From Longimicrobiales bacterium (GTDB lineage: Bacteria; Gemmatimonadota; Gemmatimonadetes; Longimicrobiales; Gaopeijiaceae), in contig OZ242008.1 in assembly GCA_965204735.1 (NCBI GenBank), positions 1,184,001 through 1,248,000 of the forward strand: 64,000 bases of DNA, given 5' to 3'. Both the position numbers and the translations under genes were made by a program. Below are positions 29,178-38,952 of this stretch, piece after piece. The notes under the pieces are model-generated. The model saw nothing but the letters and a program-made list of their open reading frames with translations, did no database searches and was not told where the DNA came from. The number at the start of each line of letters is the position of its first letter. Position 1 is the stretch's first letter.

Positions 29178-29399
29178 ATGAAAAGCGTTTTCGTGTATCG
29201 GCAGAGTGTTGGCACCAAGGCGATAGTCGTAGTGACCTGCACGCTTGCATTCTGGACTCCTGCGTTTGATAGGGTCCTGAAGTTGCTGGAAACCATGGGA
29301 TCAGTGGGATGGAATGCGGGGATCACGATTGCCGCAGCGATTGTCGGCAGCCGCATCGCGCTTGCTTTCCCGCTCCGCCGTCGGCTGCGTGAAGACTAA
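29178..29399 (+). CDS. small putative 2-TM membrane protein
   Basis: Two hydrophobic segments; AAGGAGGT upstream, but an out-of-frame ATG at 29171 is better spaced. Confidence 0.4.
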   Translation: MKSVFVYRQSVGTKAIVVVTCTLAFWTPAFDRVLKLLETMGSVGWNAGITIAAAIVGSRIALAFPLRRRLRED

Positions 29400-29468
29400 T
29401 CTGCCTTCTGCGACGAGCGTACACAAGACATTGCCCAAACGAGCTTCCTGATCTCGAACACTCCGTCG

Positions 29469-30650
29469 GTGCGAGTCGCCCGCTTCCTGAGGGGCTGGTT
29501 TCGGGGCCAAGCCCTGCACGCCGAGTGGGGGAGCGGCGAAGGGAAGGCGGGCGCTGACGGCGGAAGCGCTTGGCCTCCCGAAGTTGCCGGAGTGCGTGCC
29601 GAGACCCGCGAGGTCGCGAGCCACGCATGGTCGGGCCGTCCGCCCGTTCGCGCCCGATGGTACGTGCGGGAGCGTGCGCGACGGCCGCTCCCGGGATGGC
29701 TCCTGCTGCACGGCGTCGCTGTGCAGGGACCCGACCATCCGGCGCTGGTGCGCTTCGCCGCGGCGGTGGCGTCGTCGGGCGCGGCCGTCATGGTCCCGGA
29801 GGTTCCGACCTGGAGCCGACTCGACCTGGACCCGGCGCCGGCCGATCCGATCGTGGAGCGGGCGGTGGAGTACCTGATCGGGGACTCGATGGTCGCGCCG
29901 GGGGGCGTCACGCTCGCCGGCTTCTCCTTCGGCTGCCCCCAAGCCATCCGGCTGGCCGCGGAGCTGGGGACGACCGGACGCCTGCGGGGAGTCGTCGGCT
30001 TTGGCGGGTACTGCGACCTGGAGGCGGCGGTCCGGTTCGGCCTGACGGGCGCCTACGAGCACGAGGGTCGGCCGCGACGCGCCGAGCCCGACCCCTACGG
30101 TCGCTGGGTGCTCGGCGCCAACTACCTGCACCGAACTCCGGGCTGCGAAGGAGCGGAGGAGGCGTCGGAAGCCCTGCGAGCGCTGGCGCGAGAGGCGGGC
30201 GAACGGGGCCTGCTGGCGTGGGACCCCTTCTACGACGCCATGAAGTCGGAACTCGCCGCCCCGATGTCCGCCCGCAACCGCGAGCTCTTCCGCGTCTTTG
30301 CTCCCCCCGCCGGAGCCGAGCCCGACGCGGCCGCTGCCGAGCGCATCGTCCCGCTGATCGCGCGCGCGGCCCGTCGCGCCCACCCGCACCTCGAGCTGCC
30401 CAGGTCGCTGGACGTGGCCGCGCTGCCCCCGGTGCGCCTCCTCCACGGCCTCGACGACCCCCTCGTGCCCTTCACCGAGACCCTGGCGCTGGAGCGCCGG
30501 CTTCGGGAAGCAGACCCGGCGGTGGATCTGCGTACTACCGTCACGAGTCTCTTCGGCCACGCCCGCGAGGCCGCGCCGATGCGCTCCCGGCCCGGCGAAG
30601 CGGTTCGCTTCCTGGCCGCCATGCGGGAGATGCTCTCGCTGTCGGGTTAG
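29469..30650 (+). CDS. alpha/beta-hydrolase fold protein
   Basis: LLHG, GFSFG nucleophile elbow, LLHGLDDPLVP, FGH. Confidence 0.7.
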   Translation: MRVARFLRGWFRGQALHAEWGSGEGKAGADGGSAWPPEVAGVRAETREVASHAWSGRPPVRARWYVRERARRPLPGWLLLHGVAVQGPDHPALVRFAAAVASSGAAVMVPEVPTWSRLDLDPAPADPIVERAVEYLIGDSMVAPGGVTLAGFSFGCPQAIRLAAELGTTGRLRGVVGFGGYCDLEAAVRFGLTGAYEHEGRPRRAEPDPYGRWVLGANYLHRTPGCEGAEEASEALRALAREAGERGLLAWDPFYDAMKSELAAPMSARNRELFRVFAPPAGAEPDAAAAERIVPLIARAARRAHPHLELPRSLDVAALPPVRLLHGLDDPLVPFTETLALERRLREADPAVDLRTTVTSLFGHAREAAPMRSRPGEAVRFLAAMREMLSLSG

Positions 30651-30807
30651 CTCAGCAGTCGGCCTCCTCCAGCCGATGGCATGGCCCGGCCAGAAGCAAG
30701 ATGCGTCTGGAAGCTGGGCGTTTGGATAGCTGGATCGGCCTACGTTCGCGGTTGTGACCCCGGGTTGCGAGCGAGGGATGCGGGCGCGGCTCGTGTGGCC
30801 GTTCCGC

Positions 30808-30836
30808 TTGACCTGCTCTCCCATGCCGCGTATCGT
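30808..30836 (+). promoter_or_regulatory. sigma70-type promoter
   Basis: TTGACC-N17-TATCGT about 50 nt upstream of ATG 30887. Confidence 0.55.
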
Positions 30837-30886
30837 CCATCCGGTGGGGTTGCCCGACGGGGTGCTCCTCATGCCCAAGGAGACCA

Positions 30887-31156
30887 ATGGTACGCTTCGA
30901 CATGTTGCCGCGCTTGGCTCCCGACTTCCACTGCGACACCGTTGGGGAGGCCCTCGCCGAGGTTTCCAGACGAAAGGCGTCTCCAATCGCCGAGGACGCA
31001 GCGACCCGGTTCGACCGATCTCCCTACGGGGGCTACCGCGTCTTCACCGTCTCGCTGAGCTTCGCGATGGACATGCTTGAGGACCCTGTAGTCTCGAGAA
31101 GGTTCGTGAGCACCGAACCGCCAGGACCCTCTCTTTACGACCAGGATCCGATCTAG
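30887..31156 (+). CDS. small hypothetical protein (89 aa)
   Basis: AAGGAG SD before ATG and a candidate promoter upstream. Confidence 0.55.
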   Translation: MVRFDMLPRLAPDFHCDTVGEALAEVSRRKASPIAEDAATRFDRSPYGGYRVFTVSLSFAMDMLEDPVVSRRFVSTEPPGPSLYDQDPI

Positions 31157-31342
31157 CCATGGAAGGCAACAAGAATCCAGCTGAATGCAATCGATGAACG
31201 GCAGTCCGTTTTCATACGGACAAACTTCACAGGGACGATGCATTCCGCAACCGCCGCTGGGCTCGAAACTGATTCCCGGCGCCAAGCTCCCAGGTACGTT
31301 CTAACGCACAACGACAAGATGCACGACCCCAAAGGATCCGCC

Positions 31343-34300
31343 ATGTCCAACCCCAGTCCCTCCGTGCCGTCCATCCTTCGCCCCGCCCCAGCCCAAGACA
31401 AGAAGCCACCGGCCGCCGGCGAAGGCTTCTCGTCCCCGCGCCTTGCACCCGCGCGCATCGTCGCCGTGGCCAACGCCGTCCTGGCCTTCGCATCCGTGCT
31501 GGGCGCCGTTCCCCTTCAAGCTCAGCTCGCCACCCAGCAGCTCGACGCCCTCCGCCCCCGCAACATCGGCCCGGCGGTGATGAGCGGGCGGATCGTGGAC
31601 TTGGCCGTCGTCGAGTCCGACCCGATCAAGTTCTACGTCGCGTCGGCCACCGGCGGCGTCTTCAAGACGGCGGACAACGGGATCACCCTGCTTCCCGTCT
31701 TCGAGAGCGAAGGGACCCATTCCGTCGGGGCGATCGCGGTTCACCAAACGGACACGTCGGTTGTGTGGGTTGGCACCGGCGAGCGCGCCAACCGCCAGAG
31801 TTCGTCGTGGGGCGACGGCGTGTACAAGAGCACCGACGGCGGCGCCACCTGGACCAACATGGGACTGCGGGAAAGCCGACACGTTGGCCGGATCGCCCTG
31901 CACCCGGACGACTCGGAGCTCGTGTACGTCGCGGCGATGGGCCACCTGTGGGGACCGAACGACGAGCGGGGGCTCTACCGAAGCGCCGACGGCGGCGACA
32001 GCTGGACGCGCATCCTTCACGTGGACGAGAACACGGGCGCGGTGGACGTAGCGCTGGACCCCGAAGACCCGCAGATCGTGTACGCCGCGACGTACCAGCG
32101 GAGGCGCCGGCCCTGGGGGTTCCACGGCGGCGGTCCCGGCAGCGCGCTGTACCGGAGCGCCGACGGAGGCGACAGCTGGGAGCGGCTCTCCGGCCCGTCG
32201 ATCGACCGGGGGCTGCCCGAAGGGGAGCTTGGACGCATCGGCATCTCGCTCTACCGCAGCGACCCGCGAATCGTGTACGCGAGCGTCGAGCAGGGATGGC
32301 GCTACAACGCCTCCACCGCATACGGGGAGCGGCGCGCGGGCGTCTACCGCTCCGAGGACGGGGGCGATACGTGGACGCACATGAGCGACTGGAACCCGCG
32401 TCCCATGTACGCGAGCCAGATCCTCGTCGACCCCAACGACGACCAGCGCGTCTACATGGTCAACAGCTACTCGTTCTCCGACGACGGAGGCAAGACCTTC
32501 ACCGTTCCCCCGCAAAGCCTGCACGGAGACGACCGGCTGGTGTGGGTCGATCCCTCCGACTCGCGCCACGTGATGAAGGCCGACGACGGCGGGTTGGGCA
32601 TCTCCTACGACCGGGGATTGACGTGGCTGTACATCTCGGACTTGCCCGTCAGCCAGTACTACCGGGTCGCGGTGGACATGGCGCGGCCGTACAACGTCTA
32701 CGGCGGACTTCAGGACAACGGATCGTGGATGGGTCCCAGCGAGACGCTGCGCAGCGCGGGGATACTCGCCGGCGACTGGCGGAAGCTGGGCGGCGGCGAC
32801 GGCTTCGTGAACATCCCGGACACGACCACCAACACGATCGTGTACACCGAGTCCCAATACCTGGGGCTCTCTCGCCTCGACCTGCGCACCGGCGAACGCA
32901 CAGCCATCCGTCCCGGCGACCCCCGGGGGCACATCGCCGCCCGGCGCAACTGGGAGACGTGGAAGGAGATCGGTCCCCCCGAGGAGCAGCGCCTGGGCAA
33001 CGCGATGGCGCCGGCGAACTGGGACGGGCCGTTCATCCTTTCCCCCCACGACGCCTCCACCCTCTACGCGGGCACCGACGTGCTGTGGAAGTCCACCGAC
33101 CGGGGCGACTCGTGGCTGTCGCTGGGCGCCTTGACCACCGGCGTGGACCGGCGCTCCCTGCCGATCATGGGGCAGATGCCCCACGAGACGCTGCCGTCCC
33201 TCGACGACGGGATTCCGTACTACCCGACGATCTCCGCAATAGCCGAAAGCCCGCTGTTGGAAGGGCTCCTGTACGTGGGTACCGACGACGGGCGTCTGCA
33301 CGTTTCGCGAGACCGCGGCGGAGAGTGGCGGGAGCTGACGGGCGGATTCCCGGGGTTGCCCGAGGGCGCGTGGGTCTCGGGGATCGAGCCGTCGCGCCAC
33401 CACGAGGCAAGGGTGTACGCGGTCTGGAACAACTACCGCAACGACGACTACGGCAACTACCTGTACAAGTCCGACGACTACGGCGAAACGTGGGCTTCGC
33501 TGGCGGACGGGCTGCCGCCGGAGCGAGTCCTGCGCACACTTCGCGAAGACTTGCGCAACCCGTCCGTGCTGTACCTGGGCGCCGAGATCGGTCTCTTCTA
33601 CACGATGGACGGCGGGGGCACGTGGATCGAGCTTCGCGGCGGGATGCCGACGCTGGCCTTCAACGACATCGCCCTCCATCCTCGCGAGAACGATCTTGTG
33701 CTGGGCACCCACGGCCGGGGCGTGTGGATACTCGACCAGATCAACGCCCTGCAGGAGCTGTCCCCGGAGGTCATGGAGAAGCCCGCCCACCTCTTCACGA
33801 CGGAGCCGGCCGTGCAGTGGCGGCGAGAGGGCCGGGGCGCCCACGCCGGCGACGTCCACTTCGCCGGCGAGAACCCGCCCGTCGGCGCGATCCTCGACTA
33901 CTGGCTGGCCCAGGAGGCCGACAGCGGCTCGGTGGCGCTGGCGGTGGAGGACGCCTCCGGCGCCGAGGTCGCGCTTCTGGAAGGCGGCGTCGCGCGGGGC
34001 ATGAACAGGGTCGTGTGGGACCTGCGGCACCGCGCGGCGGAGGCGGCGACGCGCAGCGCCCCCTCCGGCCGGCCGCGACGGGGACCGCTGGCGGCGCCGG
34101 GCCTCTACGCGGTCCGGCTGCGGGCCGCCGGCGCCGAGTCGGTGCAGTCGGTGGAAGTGCGGGAGGACCCGCGGATCAGGGCGTCGCCCGGCGTGCGCGC
34201 CGCGTGGACTCGGGGCTTGCTGGAGCTGTCGGAGGCCGGGGCGCGGGCCATGGCGGGAGCGGAGAGCGCCCGTGCGGCGCTGGCCGAGCTGGGCGAGGAT

Positions 34301-34495
34301 ACGACGGGACCGGAGGCGGCCCAGCTTCGCGAGCTGGAGCGCGAGTTCGACGAGCTGGCGAGCCGGATCGCTCGCCTGGCAGGCGACGTCGAAGGCGTCG
34401 TGGCGCCGCTCACGCAAGACCAGAGGAGCCGCCGCGCATTCTACATGGAGATGCTCGACACGCTGGAGGCCGAGCTGGCCGACGCTGTTTCCTGA
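31343..34495 (+). CDS. secreted VPS10/BNR-repeat beta-propeller (glycosyl hydrolase-like) protein
   Basis: RNIGPAVMSGRIVD, repeated S/T-x-DGG-x-T/S-W Asp boxes, GGLQDNG, THGRG. Confidence 0.88.
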   Translation: MSNPSPSVPSILRPAPAQDKKPPAAGEGFSSPRLAPARIVAVANAVLAFASVLGAVPLQAQLATQQLDALRPRNIGPAVMSGRIVDLAVVESDPIKFYVASATGGVFKTADNGITLLPVFESEGTHSVGAIAVHQTDTSVVWVGTGERANRQSSSWGDGVYKSTDGGATWTNMGLRESRHVGRIALHPDDSELVYVAAMGHLWGPNDERGLYRSADGGDSWTRILHVDENTGAVDVALDPEDPQIVYAATYQRRRRPWGFHGGGPGSALYRSADGGDSWERLSGPSIDRGLPEGELGRIGISLYRSDPRIVYASVEQGWRYNASTAYGERRAGVYRSEDGGDTWTHMSDWNPRPMYASQILVDPNDDQRVYMVNSYSFSDDGGKTFTVPPQSLHGDDRLVWVDPSDSRHVMKADDGGLGISYDRGLTWLYISDLPVSQYYRVAVDMARPYNVYGGLQDNGSWMGPSETLRSAGILAGDWRKLGGGDGFVNIPDTTTNTIVYTESQYLGLSRLDLRTGERTAIRPGDPRGHIAARRNWETWKEIGPPEEQRLGNAMAPANWDGPFILSPHDASTLYAGTDVLWKSTDRGDSWLSLGALTTGVDRRSLPIMGQMPHETLPSLDDGIPYYPTISAIAESPLLEGLLYVGTDDGRLHVSRDRGGEWRELTGGFPGLPEGAWVSGIEPSRHHEARVYAVWNNYRNDDYGNYLYKSDDYGETWASLADGLPPERVLRTLREDLRNPSVLYLGAEIGLFYTMDGGGTWIELRGGMPTLAFNDIALHPRENDLVLGTHGRGVWILDQINALQELSPEVMEKPAHLFTTEPAVQWRREGRGAHAGDVHFAGENPPVGAILDYWLAQEADSGSVALAVEDASGAEVALLEGGVARGMNRVVWDLRHRAAEAATRSAPSGRPRRGPLAAPGLYAVRLRAAGAESVQSVEVREDPRIRASPGVRAAWTRGLLELSEAGARAMAGAESARAALAELGEDTTGPEAAQLRELEREFDELASRIARLAGDVEGVVAPLTQDQRSRRAFYMEMLDTLEAELADAVS

Positions 34496-34561
34496 TCGGC
34501 CCCGCGGACTACATTCAACCATCTTGCACGCGCTTCACGTTACCCGTACCAGGCAATCGCC

Positions 34562-37402
34562 ATGAAGACTCGCCTCTCGCGGCTCGCGCCGACCGCTCTC
34601 GCCCTTGCTCTCGTCGCCGGAGGTTGGAGCGCCGCCGCTTTCCGGACCGCCGCCCAGCTCCCGGCCCTCGACGAGCCGCTCCCCCCGGACCCCGACGTCG
34701 TCACCGGCGCCCTCGACAACGGTCTCCGCTACTTCATCCACGAGAACGGCCGCCCCGAGAACCGGGCGCTGCTGCGGCTCGTCGTGAACGTCGGCTCCAT
34801 CGTCGAGGACGAGGACCAGCTGGGCCTTGCCCACTTCGTGGAGCACATGGCCTTCAACGGCACCCGCAACTTCGAGAAGTCGGCGCTGGTGGACTACCTG
34901 GAGTCGATCGGCATGGCGTTCGGTCCGCACATCAACGCCTACACCAGCTTTGACGAGACGGTGTACATGCTGCAGCTGCCCATGGACGACCCCGAAGCGC
35001 TCGTCACCGGCTTCCAGATACTGCAGGACTGGGCGGCAGGTCAGCTCTTCGACCCCGAGGAGGTCGACAAGGAGCGGGGCGTGGTCGTCGAGGAGTGGCG
35101 CGGCCGCCGAGGCGCCATGGCGCGCATCCAAGACCAGCAGGTGCCGGTCCTGTTCGAAGGGTCGCTGTACGCCGAGCGTCTTCCCATCGGCAACCCCGAG
35201 GTGCTGGAGACGGCGCCGCCCGAGACCTTGCGCCGCTTCTTCGACGACTGGTACCGCCCCGGCCTGATGGCGGTGGTCGCCGTCGGCGACTTCGACGCGT
35301 CCCGAATCGAAGGCATGGTGGAGGAGTACTTCGGCGAGCTGCGCAACCCGGAATCCCCGCGTCCCCGGACGACGGCCGAAGTGCCCATCGACCATCCGGC
35401 CCGCGTTGCGGTCGCCACCGACCCGGAGATGCCCCAGAGTCAGGTCGCCCTCCTCTACAAGCAGCCGCCCCAAAGCTTGAAGACGGTGGCCGACTTTCGG
35501 CGGGGCCTGTTGCAGGACCTCTATTCGGGAATGCTCAACGCGCGACTGGACGAGCTTCGCCTGCAGCCCGACCCGCCCTTCGTCTTTGCAGGGACTGGTC
35601 GGGGCGGCTTCGTGCGCGGAGTGGACGCCTACCAGATGATGGCCTTCGTCACCGAAGGCGGCGTGGAGCGGGGGATGGACGCCCTGCTGACCGAGGCCGA
35701 GCGCGTGGCGCGTCACGGCTTCACCGCCACCGAGCTGGAGCGCCAGAAGGTCGAGGCGACCCGTTCCTACGAGCGCCAGCTCGCCGCAAGGGAGACCCAG
35801 GAGTCGGCCGCCCTGGCTGCGCGCTACATCCGCGTGTTCTTGGAAGACAGAGCCTACCCCAGCATTGAAACGGAGGCGGCCCTCGCCGAGGCCTTCCTGC
35901 CCGGCGTCACGCTGGAGGAGACCAACGCCTTGGTCTCGGAGGGGATCACCGAGGAGGGGCGCGTGGTGCTGGTGGGGGCGCCGGAGAAGGAAGGAGTGGA
36001 GACGCCTTCGGAAGAGGCGCTGAACAACGTCTTCGCGTCCGTGGCGGCCAAGGACGTGGCGCCCTACGAAGACGCCGCCGTGGACGCTCCCCTTCTCCCG
36101 GAGCCGCCGACGGGCTCGGCCGTGACGTCGGAGGAAGTCGTGGAAGCGGTGGGCGTCACGGTTTGGACGCTCGAGAACGGCGTCAGGGTCGTGCTCAAGC
36201 CGACCGACTTCAAGGACGACGAGATACGCTTTGCCGCGACGAGTCCGGGCGGCACTTCGCTGGCCGCGGACGACGTCTTCGAAAGCGCCGACGTGGCGTC
36301 CCAGATCGTGGGCGACGGAGGCGTGGGGGAGTTCGACCAGACGGCGTTGCAGAAGAAGCTCGCGGGCACCGTGCTGGAGGTGAGACCGACGATAGCGGAG
36401 CTCTCGGAGGGGTTCCGGGGTTCGGCGTCGCCGAAGGACGTCGAGACGGCGCTTCAGCTGGTGCACCTGTACTTTACGGCCCCCCGCAAGGACGAAGGAG
36501 CTCTGGGATCCTTCAAGGCTTTGATGGCCGGGTTCTTTGCCAACGCGTCCTCCAACCCCGACATGGCGTTTGCCGACACGGTGGCCACGACCATGTCCCA
36601 GGACCACCCCCGGGCCAACGTCTTTCCCGATCCGGAAGACGTCGAGAGGATCGAGTTGGACGCCGCCTTCGACTTTTATCGGGAGCGCTTCGCCGACGCC
36701 GGCGACTTCACCTTCTACTTTGCCGGCGCCTTCGAGCTGGACGCCATGCGGCCCTTGGTGGAGCAATACCTGGGCGGGCTGCCGAGCGAAGGCCGCGCCG
36801 AGACGTGGCTCGACGTGGGGATCGATCCTCCCTCCGGCGTGATCGAGAAGGTCGTGCGCATGGGCGTGGAGCCCCAGAGCACCACCCAGATCATCTTCGC
36901 GGGCGACGGCGAGTACTCGGTGCGGGAGCGAAGCGCCGTCGCCGCGCTGGCCGACGTCCTGGAAATCCGCCTCCGGGAGCTTCTTCGCGAGGACTTGGGA
37001 GGCACCTACGGAGTCGGCGTGTCCGGCGTTCTTTCATACCGGCCCGACGAGGAGTATCGGGTAAGCATCGACTTCGGCTCTGCCCCCGATCGCGCCGACG
37101 AGCTGGCCGCGGTCGTCTTCGAGGAGATCGAGCGGCTGAAGACGGACGGCCCCGACGCCGAGACCGTGGCGAAGGTGCGCGAGACGCAGCGCCGCGCCAA
37201 GGAGACCAGCCTTCGCCAGAACTCGTACTGGATCAACCAGATGCGGAGCTTCGATCAGCAGGGGCGCGACTACGCCGACATTCCCAGCTACGATCAGATC
37301 GAGGCGTGGTCCGCCGCCGACGTGCGCGCCGCGGCCCAGCGCTACCTGCGCCTGGACCAATACGCCAAGTTCGTGCTGTTGCCGGAAGAGCCAGTGCCGT
37401 GA
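34562..37402 (+). CDS. M16 family zinc protease (PqqL-like)
   Basis: HFVEH inverted zinc motif, NAYTSFDETVY, LRELLREDLGGTY; signal peptide. Confidence 0.92.
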   Translation: MKTRLSRLAPTALALALVAGGWSAAAFRTAAQLPALDEPLPPDPDVVTGALDNGLRYFIHENGRPENRALLRLVVNVGSIVEDEDQLGLAHFVEHMAFNGTRNFEKSALVDYLESIGMAFGPHINAYTSFDETVYMLQLPMDDPEALVTGFQILQDWAAGQLFDPEEVDKERGVVVEEWRGRRGAMARIQDQQVPVLFEGSLYAERLPIGNPEVLETAPPETLRRFFDDWYRPGLMAVVAVGDFDASRIEGMVEEYFGELRNPESPRPRTTAEVPIDHPARVAVATDPEMPQSQVALLYKQPPQSLKTVADFRRGLLQDLYSGMLNARLDELRLQPDPPFVFAGTGRGGFVRGVDAYQMMAFVTEGGVERGMDALLTEAERVARHGFTATELERQKVEATRSYERQLAARETQESAALAARYIRVFLEDRAYPSIETEAALAEAFLPGVTLEETNALVSEGITEEGRVVLVGAPEKEGVETPSEEALNNVFASVAAKDVAPYEDAAVDAPLLPEPPTGSAVTSEEVVEAVGVTVWTLENGVRVVLKPTDFKDDEIRFAATSPGGTSLAADDVFESADVASQIVGDGGVGEFDQTALQKKLAGTVLEVRPTIAELSEGFRGSASPKDVETALQLVHLYFTAPRKDEGALGSFKALMAGFFANASSNPDMAFADTVATTMSQDHPRANVFPDPEDVERIELDAAFDFYRERFADAGDFTFYFAGAFELDAMRPLVEQYLGGLPSEGRAETWLDVGIDPPSGVIEKVVRMGVEPQSTTQIIFAGDGEYSVRERSAVAALADVLEIRLRELLREDLGGTYGVGVSGVLSYRPDEEYRVSIDFGSAPDRADELAAVVFEEIERLKTDGPDAETVAKVRETQRRAKETSLRQNSYWINQMRSFDQQGRDYADIPSYDQIEAWSAADVRAAAQRYLRLDQYAKFVLLPEEPVP

Positions 37403-38883
37403 GGACGGCTTCGGTCGTCGGGAGCGTCGCCGGACGCGTTCCGGAGCTGGCGTCCCGAAGCGCTCCGCAACGGGCGCATCGCGCGAGCGGGAGCACGTGC
37501 AGGCGCACCTCGCCCCTCCCTTCGCCGCTCCGCTCCGCCCTGGCGGGCCGCTTCGGCGACCGCTTCTCCACGGCGGCGGCCGTGTGCGAGCACCACGGCA
37601 AGGACGACTCCCATCACGCCATTGCACCGCCCGACGCCGTCGTGGCCGCGCGTTCCACCGACGAGGTGGCCTTCGCCGTCGGCGAGTGCGCCCGGCATGG
37701 GGTTCCAGTGATCCCCTTCGGCGCGGGCACGTCGATCGAGGGCCACGTGCAGGCCGTGCGCGGCGGCGTCTCCCTGGACCTGGCCGGGATGAACCGGGTG
37801 CAGGCCGTGCGCCCCGACGACATGGACGCCACCGTTCAGGCCGGCGTCACGCGGCGCCAGCTCGACCGCGCGCTCAAGGGTACCGGCCTCTTCTTCTCGG
37901 TGGACCCGGGGGCCGACGCCACCCTTGGGGGCATGGCCGCCACCGCGGCTTCGGGCACGACCACCGTGCGCTACGGCGCAATGCGCGACAATGTGGTCTC
38001 GCTCGTCGCCGTCCTGGCGGACGGGTCGGTGGCGCGCACTGGCGGGCGCGCCCGCAAGTCGGCGGCCGGCTACGACCTGACCAGCCTCCTCGTCGGCTCA
38101 GAAGGCACGCTGGGCGTGATCACCGAGCTGGTGGTGCGCCTGCACCCGGTCCCCGAGGCCGTCGCCGCGGCCGTCTGCGCCTTCCCGGAGTTGGCCGGGG
38201 CCGTGGCGTCGGTCGTGCAGGTGGTCCAGGCCGGCGTGCCTGTCGCCCGCTGCGAGCTGCTGGACGCGACGGCCATGTGCGCCGTCAACCTCTACTCCGG
38301 GCTCGACTGCGCCGAGTCGCCCACTGTCTTCTTCGAGTTCCACGGGACCGAAGCGGAAGTGGCCGCCCAGGGGGAGCTGGCGCAGGAAGCGTGCCGGGAG
38401 CTGGGCGGGGCCGACTTTCGGTACGCCCGCCGGCAGGAAGAGCGGCGCCGGCTGTGGAAGGCGCGCCACGACGCCTATCCCGCCCTGCTGGCGATGCGCC
38501 CCGGCTGTCGGGGGCTGACCACCGACGTGTGCGTGCCCGTGTCGCGTCTCGCGCAGTGCATCGCCGAAAGCATCGAGGACATGAAGACGGCCACGGTTCC
38601 GTGGGGGATCGTCGGTCATGCGGGCGACGGCAACTTTCACGTCGCGTTCGTCTTGGACATGGACTCGCCCGCAGAAGTGGCGGAGGCGGAAGGGTTCAAC
38701 GAGCGCATGATCGCCCGGGCGCTGGCGATGAACGGCACGTGCACCGGCGAACACGGAATCGGGATGGGGAAGCGCCGCTTTCTGGAAGCCGAGCACGGCG
38801 AGGCGACGGTCGCGGCGATGCGCGCCGTAAAGCAGGCGCTGGACCCGCGAGGGATCATGAACCCGGAGAAGGTGCTGCCGTAG
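37399..38883 (+). CDS. FAD-linked oxidase (D-lactate dehydrogenase / GlcD family)
   Basis: PFGAGTSIEG, DPGADATLGG, GSEGTLG, HAGDGNFH, GEHGIG. Confidence 0.9.
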   Translation: MRTASVVGSVAGRVPELASRSAPQRAHRASGSTCRRTSPLPSPLRSALAGRFGDRFSTAAAVCEHHGKDDSHHAIAPPDAVVAARSTDEVAFAVGECARHGVPVIPFGAGTSIEGHVQAVRGGVSLDLAGMNRVQAVRPDDMDATVQAGVTRRQLDRALKGTGLFFSVDPGADATLGGMAATAASGTTTVRYGAMRDNVVSLVAVLADGSVARTGGRARKSAAGYDLTSLLVGSEGTLGVITELVVRLHPVPEAVAAAVCAFPELAGAVASVVQVVQAGVPVARCELLDATAMCAVNLYSGLDCAESPTVFFEFHGTEAEVAAQGELAQEACRELGGADFRYARRQEERRRLWKARHDAYPALLAMRPGCRGLTTDVCVPVSRLAQCIAESIEDMKTATVPWGIVGHAGDGNFHVAFVLDMDSPAEVAEAEGFNERMIARALAMNGTCTGEHGIGMGKRRFLEAEHGEATVAAMRAVKQALDPRGIMNPEKVLP

Positions 38884-38952
38884 CGGGAGCCGGCGTCCTT
38901 TGCAGGCGACGCGCAGCATCTTGCCATGGCAACGCGCGTGCCGAGGGGGTCC

